Shown here piece by piece: positions 51,356 to 64,000 of a DNA stretch of 64,000 nt. The notes under the pieces were generated by a model. The model was not told the DNA's origin and ran no database searches. It saw nothing but the letters and a program-made list of their open reading frames with translations. The stretch is taken from contig BFEA01000033.1 of assembly GCA_003427395.1 (NCBI GenBank), positions 4,113,449-4,177,448 on the forward strand, given 5' to 3'. A program made the position numbers and the translations under genes. The DNA comes from Chara braunii. Lineage: Eukaryota > Plantae > Charophyceae. Each line of letters opens with the position of its first letter. The stretch's first letter is position 1.

Positions 51356-51777
51356 CTTGTTATGGCTGTGGTTAGTTTCTGCTTGTTGCCACTAGGGCAC
51401 ACGATCAGGCATGTGCATCATCCGGCATGACTTTGTATCCCTTTGCATCATTCGGCATTGTTTCGCATTTTACGTACGTTGTTACTTTTTGTATCATTTT
51501 GCATCATCTTGCGTCAATCTGCAACGTTTTGCATGTACGTATATTTGGCATAATTTTGCATTGCTTTTTCAAGTCTGAAAAACCCTGTTTAAAGGGTATG
51601 AATCCGTATGATCGAGGAGAGCATTGGGAATCCCGATGCATTGCTCTGTTGAAGCTGGGAAGCCAAGGCCACGCTCATGTTCAAGCAGAGATGAGACTTG
51701 TTTTTCTGGATATAGAAAGGTGAAGAGAAGTAGGACACAGAGGATCTTACATTCCACTTGCGTTGTTTGTTTGGCAG

Positions 51778-51837
51778 ATTTTGAAAAGACTGCTTCAGGA
51801 TGATGTTATTGCAAAAGCTCGAATTATCAGAGAAGAG
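51778..51837 (+). CDS. XPB: XPB exon (ILKRLLQDDVIAKARIIREE)
   Basis: CAG acceptor, GT donor, 60 nt in phase 0. Resembles plant XPB 'VLKRLLSDDVINRAR'. Confidence 0.9.
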
Positions 51838-52319
51838 GTGTGTGAGGTTGCCTTTTTCTTCCCCCCCCCCCCTCCCCCACTTTCCTTCACCCCTTCCCCC
51901 CCTCTCTTTCTTCTCATGATTTCTGTTTTCCCTTTTTTTTTCTTTTCTTTTTGGTCCTCAAACGGTTTCCCTTCCTTGACTCAATTTGTCCACATCAGCA
52001 AAATTCAATCCTTGGCTGATGTCTCTTTCTTGTTCTTCTTCTGCATTCTGGCAGGCAGGTTATAATCTTATAGAGTGCTACTGTATCTGAGGAGGCAAAA
52101 CATTGAGAAATGTGCTTTTGTTTTGCTAGTTTCCTTCTGTAGGAGCAGGTTTGGCACTAGTAAGCTGTGCATTGCTCTCCTTCATTTTTTTTTAATCTCT
52201 GTCACAAAAGACTCTCCACCGGCGTATGTTTATTCTTTTTTTTCCTTTTTCGAAGTAAAACAGGTCCTTATGGTTGTATGCTTATTCCACGTTTCGTCCT
52301 TGGTGTACTGTTGTCTCAG

Positions 52320-52475
52320 CCATTACCAGTGGCAATGGGGGTTGATGACGAGGGTTTGAACGTAGGAATTGCGCCAGCGGAGATGCCAGGTCCGGATCGG
52401 GAACTTCTGGGAGAGGACAATCTTGCTGATCCACTCGACAAAGAGATTCATTCCTTTGAAGTGGACCCTGATCAG
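52320..52475 (+). CDS. XPB: XPB exon (PLPVAMG...DKEIHSFEVDPDQ)
   Basis: CAG acceptor, GTTAGT donor, 156 nt. Ends in the conserved HSFE(I/V)DP motif. Confidence 0.88.
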
Positions 52476-53013
52476 GTTAGTAGTGTGTTTGTCCTTAGTG
52501 GAGGGCCTCTCTTTTTTTTCCAAACCTGCTGCTTGATCGCACAATTAAACATAGTTAGTTTTTGGTTATTATTAGTACTTATTACCAGTTTTTGGTTATT
52601 ACCACCATCATTATTATTGATCAGGTTAGTAGTGTGTTTGTCCGTAGATGGAGAAGCTCTCTTATTTTTCCAAACTTCCTGCTTGATCGAATGATTAAAC
52701 ACTGTCAGTGTTTGGTTATCAGTACACTTTACGACCATCGTTATTATTTCTTCTAAGTTCTGCTTTCGTGGAAGTAGAAGAAAATTGAAGACTGGCAAAT
52801 GAAATGGGAGAAATGAAAACAAAACCAATTCTAACTTCCTAAGTGAAAAAACAGCAAATCAATCGAGGTAAGTAGATAAAACGAAAGTGGAAATGAACTA
52901 TAGATAAAACAAAAGTGGAAATGAACTATAGATAAAGCAAAAGTGGAAATGAGTTGTGACAAATTGACGAGGTATAAAGCAAGTGAATGAGACAAAAGTG
53001 CAAACACACACAT

Positions 53014-53091
<78 letters not shown>

Positions 53092-53269
53092 AGTTTTTGG
53101 TATGTTTGTTTTTCTGCCTCCCCCCTATTCTTTTCTAAGTATTTTTGTATCCCCAACTGAGCACCTTTAAGTAGTGCCAAACAGTCGGTGGTTCCTCGTT
53201 TGGAGTGCCTACTGCACTCTTATGGGGGCCGCTCAGTTGGGGATGTCTGTGTTGCCTGTAGGTGATGAC

Positions 53270-53523
53270 GGATGCTCGTCTGCTCTTCGAGCCTTGTTAT
53301 ATTCACGGATAGTTGTTTCTATAAAGTGGTCGAGTTCATTAAGGTATATATTTGATAGTAGGGGACTAAGGCCGAAGGGCCGCCGCCTGGCGGCGCCTAT
53401 GGTCGCCTCTTCAATCTCTCCGTGTGGCATATGAAAAAAAGCTTGTAGTCCAGAGCGGATTAGTTTGAGAATCCGTTTATCTCGGATTGTTCGCCGGATG
53501 ATCTTATACAGAGTTCCATGATT
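53270..53523 (-). pseudogene. Group II intron reverse transcriptase/maturase fragment
   Basis: NHGTLYKIIRRTIRDKRILKLIRSGLQA, a frameshift, then LSPLLSNIYLNELDHFIE: RT domains 3-4 of group II intron-encoded proteins. Confidence 0.8.
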
Positions 53524-54169
53524 TACGGCTCCAGGGCCTTCGGCCTCCAGGGATCCTTCAATCTCCCTGGCTCAGTGGGTGGTGGGAACCAACAGTCTGT
53601 GGGGTTCACCTGTGATGTGAGTAGGTGATGTGCTGCTTTGCTTCGTGTTGGATGTGTGGACGGCCTCGTCTGCGCTCCGCCACTGCCTTGCTGCCCGTCC
53701 CGCTTGCCTCGCAGGTAGTTCTTGGCAAGCTGCTGTCTTCGCTGTGTGGTGTGGCCGAGTTGTGGTGTTGTCTTGCGCTTCGCTGCTCCGCTGCCTCGCC
53801 GCCCTTCCACGGGTCGTGCCTTCCGTGTCCTTTGCTTGCGCGCCGTGTAGTTCGGTTGCCGTGTTGGTGTTTCCTTGTGCTTCACAGCATGGTTGCTCTG
53901 CTGCGTGTCCGCTCGCCCTGTCGTCCCTTGCAGTGTGGTTGTCTTGGTGGTGTTGCCTGGTGCTTCACTGCTTGGTTGCTGTGCTGCAAGTCCTGCGTGC
54001 CATGTTTTTCCTTGCAGTCGTCTTTGGCGTTGTGCAGCAGTGTTGCCTCTACTGCGTTGCCTGGTGCTTCGCAGGGTTGCTGCCCGCTGCTATGTTCCAC
54101 TTGGGGACAGTCTGCCTTCAGGAAGGGTCAAAGGGTGCATGACCCAAACCATCAATACGGGCATTCCGC

Positions 54170-54225
54170 AGATTGTCGAGGGTTCAGCCTCCTGATGAGT
54201 CGGTGCAACTCCGACGAAACAATCT
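54170..54225 (+). ncRNA. Type III hammerhead ribozyme, intact
   Basis: AGATTGT-C-GAGG(gttcag)CCTC-CTGATGA-GTCGG(tgcaact)CCGAC-GAA-ACAATCT. All three stems pair and the core is canonical. Predicted cleavage after GUC at 54177. Confidence 0.93.
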
Positions 54226-54648
54226 TTCATCACCAGCTTTTTTATTTTTTTATTTTTTTTGGTCCTTTGATTGTCTTGGGACTTGTGTTTTTTTTGGTAT
54301 GTCTGTTGGGTGTGTTTGTATGGCGTTTGTCCTTCTGCCTCCCCCGTGCCCTCCAGCTTCAGTCCTTCGTTGTCCTCTGTGCTTATGTATTGTCTGCCCT
54401 CCCACCTCCCCCTTACCCTCCAACCTATATGTTCCTCATACTTTTCATTCACACTGTATGGCAACCGCTCCATTTACACGGCTACGACACACTCTAAAGC
54501 GCCTCGGCTCCAGTGGTACCGCATAACTCGTTCCATTGTTGACAGACTTCAGCATCCCTGCTAGGATTTCGTAGTGTGCCGGCCATTATACCGGAGCTTG
54601 ACCATCCACAGTTAAAGCATGGTATGGCGTGCGTATGAGCACACACCC

Positions 54649-54704
<56 letters not shown>

Positions 54705-56052
54705 ACCATAATTTCCGACTATCTCGATTGGGAATGAAAAAAGCGTGCTGTGCTGGTGACTGGCTTACAGCACACCGTGAAGAGGGCGTGCAACCTGTGC
54801 CGCTGGCCAGGTGGTGGAAATATCCAGGAGGCACGCAGTGTTGGTCCATTACCTCCATCAGCAGGATGTTGCAGCAATTTTTCTCTCTTTTTTGCTGCTA
54901 TACACATGCACACATGCATACGCATGCACATACACAATGTCACATACGCACAAGGTCAGATCGGCAACATGTGAACCACCAGTCTCCCGCAGCCCATTTT
55001 GTCAAACCAGAAAGTTTTCCATACTGTAGGTGTTGAACCAGCTGCAGCGGGCTGATACATCGAAAGATTCGAAAGCAAGCCACTGTTTACATCCGCGCAA
55101 AGTTTGGTAGAAGGGTGCCGACACTGGTGGTTATAAAGGCGCAATAATGTTGGCCATCGCAGACAGCCCACTCTAGAACCATGATAAGAGTAGCAATCAT
55201 TTTTTTTGTTTCTTGAAGTAGGTAAAGGCACACATCAAGTAGGATTACCAAAACCGATTCGCGCTCACCTCTTTTCTCCCTCGTGCTCAGCACTACCGCC
55301 AACACCAACTGTTTTTGACCTTGTGTACCTATCCTCCGTGGGGTTCCCTTTTCCCCGTTTTCGCACAGTTTTCGTAGAAAAGCTGAAACTGACATGTTTT
55401 TTTTTTTTTCGCCATCCATTTTTCTATACGCCATCCGTTTCCGCATATTAGTCACCAGGCATCCGGGTTGATGGCTGCAATGATTCAGTTAATTGCGGGG
55501 TGTTAATTGCGGGGTGCGTATCAAGTGAACATGCTGTTCGGATACTTTGGCAAACTGGTGAAGTCCAAAAGAAGCCCACTGAGGTTGGCGAGAGGCACAA
55601 AATGCCCGGTGAGTGGGTACGGGGTCCCTATCATGGACTCGGCAGTGCAGAGGGACTATGCGTTATGAATTATGTCTGGGCTATTTTTTTCTCTTGCCTA
55701 TGGAATCTGGCTGTTTCCATGCGTATCGCTTGGGGAAAAAAAGTGTTCATTGAACTTCATTCTGATGATGAGATTCTGATGATTAGATTCTGATGATGAG
55801 AGTCCTTGGCTGGGATTTTGCTGCCGCTGCTACGTGTGGAACTCGTGTCGTTGCTAAGGCTGGGACATGCCTTTTGGCTTGTGTTACAAGTGGTTGTGCA
55901 TGCTGACTTCTTTTTCTGTTTTTTATTTTATTTTATTTCATTTTATTTTATTATTTTATTATTTTTATTTTTCAGCTGAGTCCCTCAGTGCATGAGATGA
56001 TGTTGGAACGTCTCAGATTGTTGCATTGAAATGATGGGGCTACACGTTACAG

Positions 56053-56133
56053 GTTGAGCACGTCAAACAAAGGTGCCTTCCCAACGAGCTCAATTTCCCA
56101 ATGCTGGAGGAGTACGACTTCAAAAATGACACT
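56053..56133 (+). CDS. XPB: XPB exon ([27 protein letters not shown])
   Basis: Translated by hand; not in the ORF track. CAG acceptor, GTGAGT donor, 81 nt, conserved PMLEEYDF motif. Confidence 0.95.
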
Positions 56134-56302
56134 GTGAGTTTCTTCATCTTTTGAATCATCTCCGTGGTTCTCCAATGTCTCGTCCTGCTGCTGGTCCCCT
56201 CTCCCCCTCTCCCCCTCTCCCCCCCCCCTTCCCCCCTCTCTCCCCCCCCTCCCCCCCCCCCCCTTATCTGTCCTTCTCAACCCTGTATATACCCGAGTGA
56301 TT

Positions 56303-56482
56303 ACTTTTTTTCTTTTTTTTTCTTTTTTTGAAAGGGTGACGACATTGAGATATCATCATTGAACTGACCGGCCCCGGATAATTCAGAGTGATTTTATTGT
56401 GGTCATCTGATTGTATCTGGATTCGAACTTGGGTCTCTATTTCAACAGTTTGTGGGTGTACCAACTGAGCTAGGGCCGTTGG
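56303..56482 (-). mobile_element. tRNA-derived SINE-like element
   Basis: The minus strand has A-box TAGCTCAGTTGG and B-box GTTCGAATCC at tRNA spacing, followed by a short body and an A-rich tail. Confidence 0.65.
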
Positions 56483-56914
56483 TACCCCAGTGATGACTAG
56501 TCTCTGTCATTTTTCAAATTATTGAACGTCGTATCAAATTCTGTAATAAGTTCTTAAACAACTGGATGGTGACGACTTGCGTCCCTACAGACAACCCAAA
56601 ACAGATTGATCGCAGGGGAAGAAGAACACCAGAGCACCCTGCTTAGTTGATGACTCAGCTGATGAGGTGGATGGTGCAGGCAATGGAATGGGAGTTCATT
56701 TTGCACTTGTGAACATTGTTGATGGTGGTCACCGGCCAAAAACAGGAAAAAAAAAAGGACTGACACACAATGATTTGTGTCAATGAAACAAAGTCATTTG
56801 CTCGTGCGTAGAATTTTACAAGTAAAGCAAGTGTGGCTGCACATGCATGCATGCAAATATCAATGAGATATTCGGGGTCCACATAAGTATCCATCTACAG
56901 ATCTCATGCTCTTT

Positions 56915-56988
<74 letters not shown>

Positions 56989-57251
56989 CACACACACACA
57001 CACACATGTGCGTGCGTGCACGCGAATGTAGACCTAGTTCTCCAGTAAGCAACCAATTGCTGACGGATGCAGAAGGCAGGAAAATGATGCCACCTAGCCC
57101 ACTCCCAAATGAAAAAGATCAGACTTCTATTTTCATTCTCTTTTTTTCCCCCCTCAGAACAGCAAACGTTTTTAAAGAAGGCACCAATGTTACAGCTATG
57201 GCAAAAAGACTTCCAATACAGAAAGAAAAACTGAACCTCCTTCCCTCCCCC

Positions 57252-57325
<74 letters not shown>

Positions 57326-57987
57326 GGGGGATTGAATCTCTCTTTTGTCTTTTCTCTTGTCAATGGACGTAACTATTCTTGATGCAAGGGGTTGAATCTT
57401 TTGCTTTTTTTTTGAAGGCTTCGTTAAATGGATATCGCATATTCAGTTAAAATGACCAGCTGGTGAGACTGACTCTCCCACGGCTATCTCGCAACAGTGA
57501 AGGCAAGTGAGAACACCTGAAGCGATGTTTTTGAATGACGTCTATTGGCTGGAAAACCTGGAAAAGCTGTTTTGAGGAAGATTGTGAAATCTTTGAAATG
57601 CGGTAAAACTCTGATGATGTGTGTAGCATGTCGATGGATTAATTAAATTCGTACTTGATCATGGCCATGAGTAAAGCTCAGTAAACAGTAGCGGAAAGTC
57701 AACCAATGAAACTTACAAAGTTATGACCACTTGTTATTCACTGAGTTTAATCAGTCCACTCACTGATGTTACTCAATACGTTCACCATCTTGACGAGTGG
57801 AAGAAGGCTTGACTGAGAGGATTGGTTGCACGGTGGACAAACATCGTGACTTGATGAAAATCATTCCGATACGATCATCAATTCTGCGGTTGATTACGAC
57901 ACAGAGCCAATCATCATTTGGTGTTGGCATCACCAATGACGGCACGCGCGAGATATGAGAGAGGAGAGATGCAACCGGTCTGGCAAC

Positions 57988-58306
57988 TTTTTTTTTTTTT
58001 TTTTTTTCCCCAACACAGGCCCAGTGCCCAAGGCTTATATTTCCAATAAGAATCTTGAGGCCGGGGTCCTCACAGTCTACCCGGGAAAGGAACAGGCTGG
58101 GAGCATTACCCAGTTTCGCTTACGGGGCATTGCCCCGCAGGGGACCAACCCCCTCGACTCATTTGGAGGACAGTCACTCTGTCACAGTTATCCAGCTTCC
58201 TTGCCTTGAGGTTAGGATCTGCAATCCAACATCTGCCCCTAAAGAAGGGGGTGGAACTCTTCAGTTCCCTATAATCTATTTGGCACTCCCTCCAACCCCA
58301 CCTGTC
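57988..58306 (-). mobile_element. 5'-truncated retroposed insertion with poly(A) tail and 14-bp TSD
   Basis: ACCGGTCTGGCAAC at 57974-87 and 58307-20 flanks a 319-bp insert that begins with a ~19-nt poly-T run. Confidence 0.85.
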
Positions 58307-58774
58307 ACCGGTCTGGCAACATCCCCACCAGTTGAATTGAGATTGGAATTGAAAAAAAAAAGAAAAAGTGATAAGATAGCAGTTGAGTGATGGGAGGAGC
58401 TCCAGACTTGAAGAGACAACAAACAGCATAACAGCACACAAAAGGGGAAAAAAAAAGGTACATGATAGAGAAGGGGCGCTCAAAAGGATGTAGTAGTCAT
58501 TATCTCGTTGCCTTTTTTCCTCTCTTTCCCTTTCGTCTTTCAATGTTGAGAATCATCCAGCGCAGGACTTGGAGTGGAGACAGGCATGCCTCCATGAAGG
58601 GAAGGCCATGGCCCGAAGATTACTACCCACTGGGATCTATATCTGCCCTGGCCCTCTTGCCATGCCTCCCTCCCTCATTCTCCCGTTCTCTTGCTATTCT
58701 CCCCTCTCTCCATCCTGTCTCTCGTTCTAGGAGGTGCTTCCGGTTGTCAACAATTGTCAAATGCCCTCCCTCAT

Positions 58775-58779
<5 letters not shown>

Positions 58780-58809
<30 letters not shown>

Positions 58810-59858
58810 CGTCCCTGCCCGCCCGCCTTTCCCCCCTTCTTCCTTCTCCATTGCCTCCTTTCAGACTGTTCTATCCCATCTTTCAACTCGTGCCCTCCAT
58901 CCCCACTCACGATCTTCCCCCTCACCAATCCACTTGTCCTCATCCTCTTCTCTTCGTGCCGTGTGCCTATCGCCTCTCTCTTCTTGTCTGTTTTTTGTCT
59001 CCTCCGTTGGGATCCTCGTTGAGTGCCTGCTCCCCTAACACTCGATGTGGCCCCTGCTGATCACGCATATTCTTTCCTCTCTTCCACGGTCTGTAGCTCT
59101 TTCTCTCTTCATTGCTCTCTCTCAATCACCTGCACATCGACGTTTGCCCTATCCCTCTCGTGATTCCAGGCCCTTCGTCATTATCGTGCTCTCTCCTTTT
59201 GCTTACCTGTTCCCCTCCATCCGCACTTAGCCCCTCTTCCCACCTTGCAATCTCTTCTTCCCCACCTTGTCCGGATACCCATACACATTCCTTACCCTGT
59301 TGTGCGGTCGTCCTTTCCCCTGGGCTTGTATCCTCACCCTGATCGACTGGCATTCAGACCTTCTCCTCCTGTCGATCCCATGTCCTAATCGCCCCTCATC
59401 CCCTTTCTCACGAATTGCGTCCCTGAACTACATTCTCCTCCCATGTACCTTAGGACCCTCCTCGACGTCTTCCTTCTCCACAACCTCCGTAATGCTGGCA
59501 AACTTGCCCAGCATGCTTCACCCTATCCGAGTGACTCTGCTCCTGCTTCCTCTGTTGTCGCAATCCCATCCTGACGGCAACCAAATTCAAAGCATCTTAT
59601 CCTCCTGATCCCACATCCTCAACTTCCCTCTTCATCCTTCTCCTGCTACTCCAGCCTCTCAAGATTTCAATGGCAACCTTCTCCTGCCTGCCTGACCAGG
59701 CACTTGACCTCCGCCTAGTGTTCCTTCTCCCCCTTCCTCTCTGCGTTCACGGCATGATCTGCACCTACTCCTTAGTGGCCGTTCACAAATCCTGTCCCAC
59801 CTATACATGGCACCCCCACAGAAAATGGAGTCACAGCCCTAAACGTGGAGGGAAGGAG

Positions 59859-59941
<83 letters not shown>

Positions 59942-60290
59942 ACCTCGTTCATGTGGCAAAACCCACCTGTTTTGAACGGAACTCGCCACCGCTTCAACAC
60001 CACTGAGAGAGGGAGGGAGGGAGGGAGGGAGGGAGGGAGGGAGGGGGGGTGGACTTTATCACACCACACAAACTCACCTAGTCCCTTTCACGGCCGAGTG
60101 AATGGCTCTCCCCCTGACCAGGCACTTTACCTCCGCCTAGTGTTGCTTCTCTCACTGCCTTTCTGCATTCACGGCATGATCTCCACCTACTCCTTAGCGG
60201 CCGTGCACAAATCCTGTCCCACCTGCACATGGCATCCCCACAAAAAAATAGAATCTCGCCCCGAAACGTGGAGGGAAGGAGGGATGTAGG

Positions 60291-60357
<67 letters not shown>
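58780..60357 (+). repeat. Microsatellite-bounded dispersed repeat, copy 2 (XPB intron)
   Basis: Homologous to the reverse complement of 44743-46167. Internal duplication at 59690-59860 / 60110-60285. Confidence 0.7.
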
Positions 60358-60360
<3 letters not shown>

Positions 60361-61705
60361 ACAATACAGTACTGCCATAGTCTGGTTACAGCTGTCTTCA
60401 TGCGATCAACACACGTGTGATGCAGTTAAGTGGAGTTCTTCACTACAGTTAGACCTGGTCTTCTTTCTGGTAACTGTATTCCCAAACTCCTTGGAATAAT
60501 CTTGAAAATATTTAAATATTGTATTTGCAATCTTGACTGCGAGTGACATTCTCACATTACAATGTGCAGCCTGTCTGGGACACATGAGATGTGTAACTTG
60601 TTGGTCCCGAAGTTCCCAAAGAACCTAACCCCCATATCCTGTTTAGAACTTTAGGTGGCATATTTGACGTATCGTTCTCCTAAGACCTGAACCCTGGAAT
60701 TTGGCATTTGAAGGGGACTGCATCCAACAGTCAATAATGGCATGCGTGGGAGCTCAGTTATCATACAACACAGGAGATGAGGAAACGTTGCACAATCACA
60801 CCTCTTCTCTTAAACCACCACTACCTTTCAGGGAAATGCATGGGAAAGGTAGTGGTGGTTTATTTTTTATTTTTTATTTTTTTGCCATAAAGTTGGAGAA
60901 CCAAGTACAACATTTGCAATCGGAACTAGCTTGTGCGGAAAGGAATTGTTGCACTAGGGGAAAGCTAGGACATGGGATAATGTGCACAAGTCTACCGCTC
61001 ATCTTGTATGTTTTCTTTTCAGTATATGGTAGAATTGCGGCTGATGGTGCACAGCAGGCCAATTCATTGTTTGCGATGTGTTTGAACTACCGTCTTGACC
61101 CGAATAGAACACCGGGTCATTCCAGCTGTATTTGGGTCACATGTCTCTGTCTAGAGACAGTGATCTAGCTACAGTGATAATGACCGGGCATTCTATTTGG
61201 GTGAAGACAGACGGTGCCTTGTTTGCATGGAAGGGAATTGTGCATGAGGGGGCGGTCAGTTGTCATGCGGCATAGGGACGGGGAAAAGCTGCGAGTCACA
61301 CTGGGATCGGCCACGCTCTGTTAACAAGCTTTAAGAAGAATCAAAGTCAACAACAAAAAGTTTTGCAGATTTCAGAATCGCTGTCAAAAGCGCATCGGAC
61401 AAGCTTGTTGCTTGCAGTTTGAACTGTGGAGATTGCTTGTGCTGCAGATTTGCTGCAAACAGATGTCAGTGTGCATGCAGTAACATTCTACTGCCTATGG
61501 CAGATATGGTGTGGAAACCGGTGCGGGTGTGAGTCCCAATGACGCCACGCTGTCATGAAAACATGCTCATCTGTCTTTGTGAGCGGCGGGGAGGAGAATG
61601 GGAGGGTGAGATGGAGAGAGAAAAGTGCAGCAAGGTCATGGCAGGGATTAGGTGCGTTCATGAGAACCAACTCCCGTGCCTTGTTTGCCTGCCATGTCCC
61701 CCCAG

Positions 61706-61793
61706 ATTAATCCTGATTTGGATATGGAGATCAAACCAATGACGACTGTGCGCCCATATCAGGAGAAAAGCCTCTGCAAGATGTTTGGGAATG
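61706..61793 (+). CDS. XPB: XPB exon ([30 protein letters not shown])
   Basis: CAG acceptor, GTAAGC donor. Contains the Q-motif RPYQEKSL, and its phase-1 end matches the next exon. Confidence 0.95.
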
Positions 61794-63252
61794 GTAAGCG
61801 TGGCCGCCCTCTTCCGCTGATCACAACGTGAAAACGATAAGGGAAATGTAATAATTTTATAGAAAGCGATTGGCATTGTGATTCCGATTTCGATATCGAT
61901 AAGGAGACCAAAGCAATGACATCCATGGAGCCACATCAAGGCAGAGAACCCTGCATGATGATTGAGGATGGCAGCCATGGTATCCTCTTCTTGTGGCTGA
62001 ATGGTGCACACGTATGTAGCTGTTGATAAATAGGTGATGAGTTCGAATACTGTGGGCTGCAAGACTATTAGGGGGAACTTGGTTTAGGGAAAAAGGAATG
62101 GTAGAAAGAGAGAACAGGGATTGTCAAAGGAATCCTGATCTGAATGTACAGTGCTGATGCAATGCCTCCGCAAGATGTGTGCAAATGGTAGGCACAGCTG
62201 ACCCTTTTTGCAGGGCATATAAATGAGGTCGGGTAAAAAGGATAGCTAGCCCTGTCGATGAAAATTTATGAATTGAAGAGGTAAAGAGGGGATTTGATAG
62301 GATATGACTGCACTGCGGCATTTCTGTGCAACACACGCGGAATTGGAGCTGATGATCTGAGATGAAAACGACGGTTTGGTAGAGGGAGGGAGCGGGGTCG
62401 CGGTGGTCTGCAAAAATGTTGTGTAGAATTGCAATACAGACTACTTTTGGCTGAGGGTCACATCAGGATTCCTCATCGAATAGAAGATAAAAAAGAAGAC
62501 AACAGAATCAGACTAAGGTATCCCCCTTCAAAGTTTAAAGTTTAAACCCCTTTAGCCCGTGAAAACCAGTTTATACCCGTCTTCCCCTGCTTGACAGCCA
62601 ACACTCGAAAAAAGAAAGGAGCCTTGGGCTCCTCTGGCCATGCACAGAAAACCTCTACCCAAAAAAGAAAGGAAAAAAGCAGAGGGCTGATTTTTGCCTG
62701 CACGGGGTGACCCCGTGCAGGTGAGCCCCAGGTGACATGCCCAGGTTGCGCAGCCGGGCTGCCGGGCGATCCAAGTGGCCTAGCTTTTAAAGGCTGAAGT
62801 GCTTCCGGTGGAATCCCAGAGATGGGGTAACATGGGACTGAAATATTGCGTCCTGGAAAGCTTTAGAGTCTTGACCGTCTTTTTTTTTCGGCTTTCCATG
62901 TGTGTGTGGCACAGAGAGAGAGAGAGAGAGAGAGATGGCTATGTATAAGTAAAAATAACCGGCATTGAGGCCCCTTTCACAAACCCGGGAATTCAGTGTG
63001 TACACTAAAGGTTTCATTTTGTTTGGTGTACATGCCAGTAGACGTCTGACCACATCAAGTTTTATCTTTGTTGATTGTATATTTTTACCAGTGATGACAT
63101 AAAACACCGCTGGCACCCTATTCCTTCTCTATTGGCTGCGAACACACTGAGAGATGCTGAGGTACTGTTGACTGTACATGAGAACTGCAGTGATCCTTAG
63201 CAGCTGGAATTGAATGTTGTCGTTGATGATCTGTCCTGTCTTGTGCGCGCAG

Positions 63253-63590
63253 GCAGAGCACGGTCAGGTATCATTGTGCTTCCTTGTGGTGCTGGAAAGT
63301 CTCTTGTGGGCGTGTCGGCAGCAGCCCGAGTTAAGAAAAGCTGCCTTTGTCTGGCCACAAACTCTGTGTCAGTTGATCAGTGGAGGCTGCAGTTCAAACT
63401 GTGGTCAACGATCAAAGATGAGCAGATCATTCGTTTCACATCTGAAAGCAAGGAAAAACTCCCCTCTGGGCCTGTGGTAGTGGTGACCACCTTCAACATG
63501 ATTGCATTTGGAGGTCATCGATCTGAAGACTCGGAGAAGATCATTGAGGAGATTCGCCAGCGTGAATGGGGCTTGCTACTGATGGACGAG
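63253..63590 (+). CDS. XPB: XPB exon with Walker A (SGIIVLPCGAGKS) through the start of Walker B (LLLMDE)
   Basis: Canonical XPB helicase motifs I, Ia and II. CAG acceptor and GTCAGT donor. The gene continues beyond the window. Confidence 0.97.
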
Positions 63591-63945
63591 GTCAGTAAAG
63601 ACTTGAACGTGATTGTTGACTCTCCCAAGTCCTAATCAAACGTGATGTAATTGTCAGAGGTCGACTGTGCCAGCTATACCCCGGTGGCCGGACATTCTGC
63701 TCCTGGTGTCGAATATCACAGTGCACACTACCTGCCCTATGTATTCAGAGTTTGAATTGTGCAAGTCAGTTCATCAACCGTATAACTGTACCACTGCAGA
63801 TGTGCATGCTGCTGTGGTGTTGGAGAACACATAGGGTGGTGCTATGTATGATGTCAGAATTTCCACAGCCCTCCGGAAATGCTGTAAACAAGCACCCTGA
63901 CTGAATTCGACTGTTGTGCTGCCTTTATTAGTCTGACTTCATCTG

Positions 63946-64000
<55 letters not shown>

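Noticed and set aside
53625-54497. 290-aa Cys/Leu-rich ORF
   Set aside because: Low-complexity GT-rich repeat inside an XPB intron with no recognisable domain.

Overview
Repeat-rich eukaryotic nuclear DNA with assembly N-gaps. It is probably from a streptophyte plant or alga; the intron and transposon style resembles Chara, which is an inference. The only recognisable host gene is the TFIIH helicase XPB (+ strand): six GT-AG exons lie at 47490-63590, the N-terminal exon(s) are not visible and may fall in the gap at 46168-47103, and the gene runs off the window. The first 44 kb is nested transposons. These include a ~15 kb Sola-like TIR DNA transposon and its MITE, several copies of a non-autonomous Gypsy-type LTR family (tRNA-Asp PBS, decayed gag, very long LTRs carrying a U6 snRNA 3' fragment), and a Penelope-like element with an N-terminal GIY-YIG domain and a type I hammerhead ribozyme. 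The most unusual signals are: (1) an intact sense-strand type III hammerhead ribozyme in an XPB intron, with degenerate antisense copies in a tandem array in another intron and a group II intron RT fragment beside it; (2) a ~2 kb CRISPR-like array of about 25 hairpin repeats with a conserved hexaloop and variable spacers; (3) U6-carrying LTRs; (4) an in-frame UGA-CGG junction in the Penelope-like element. A Nextera mate-pair junction adapter at 43058-43095 is an assembly artefact. Coordinates were counted by eye, and the boundaries of degenerate repeats are approximate.
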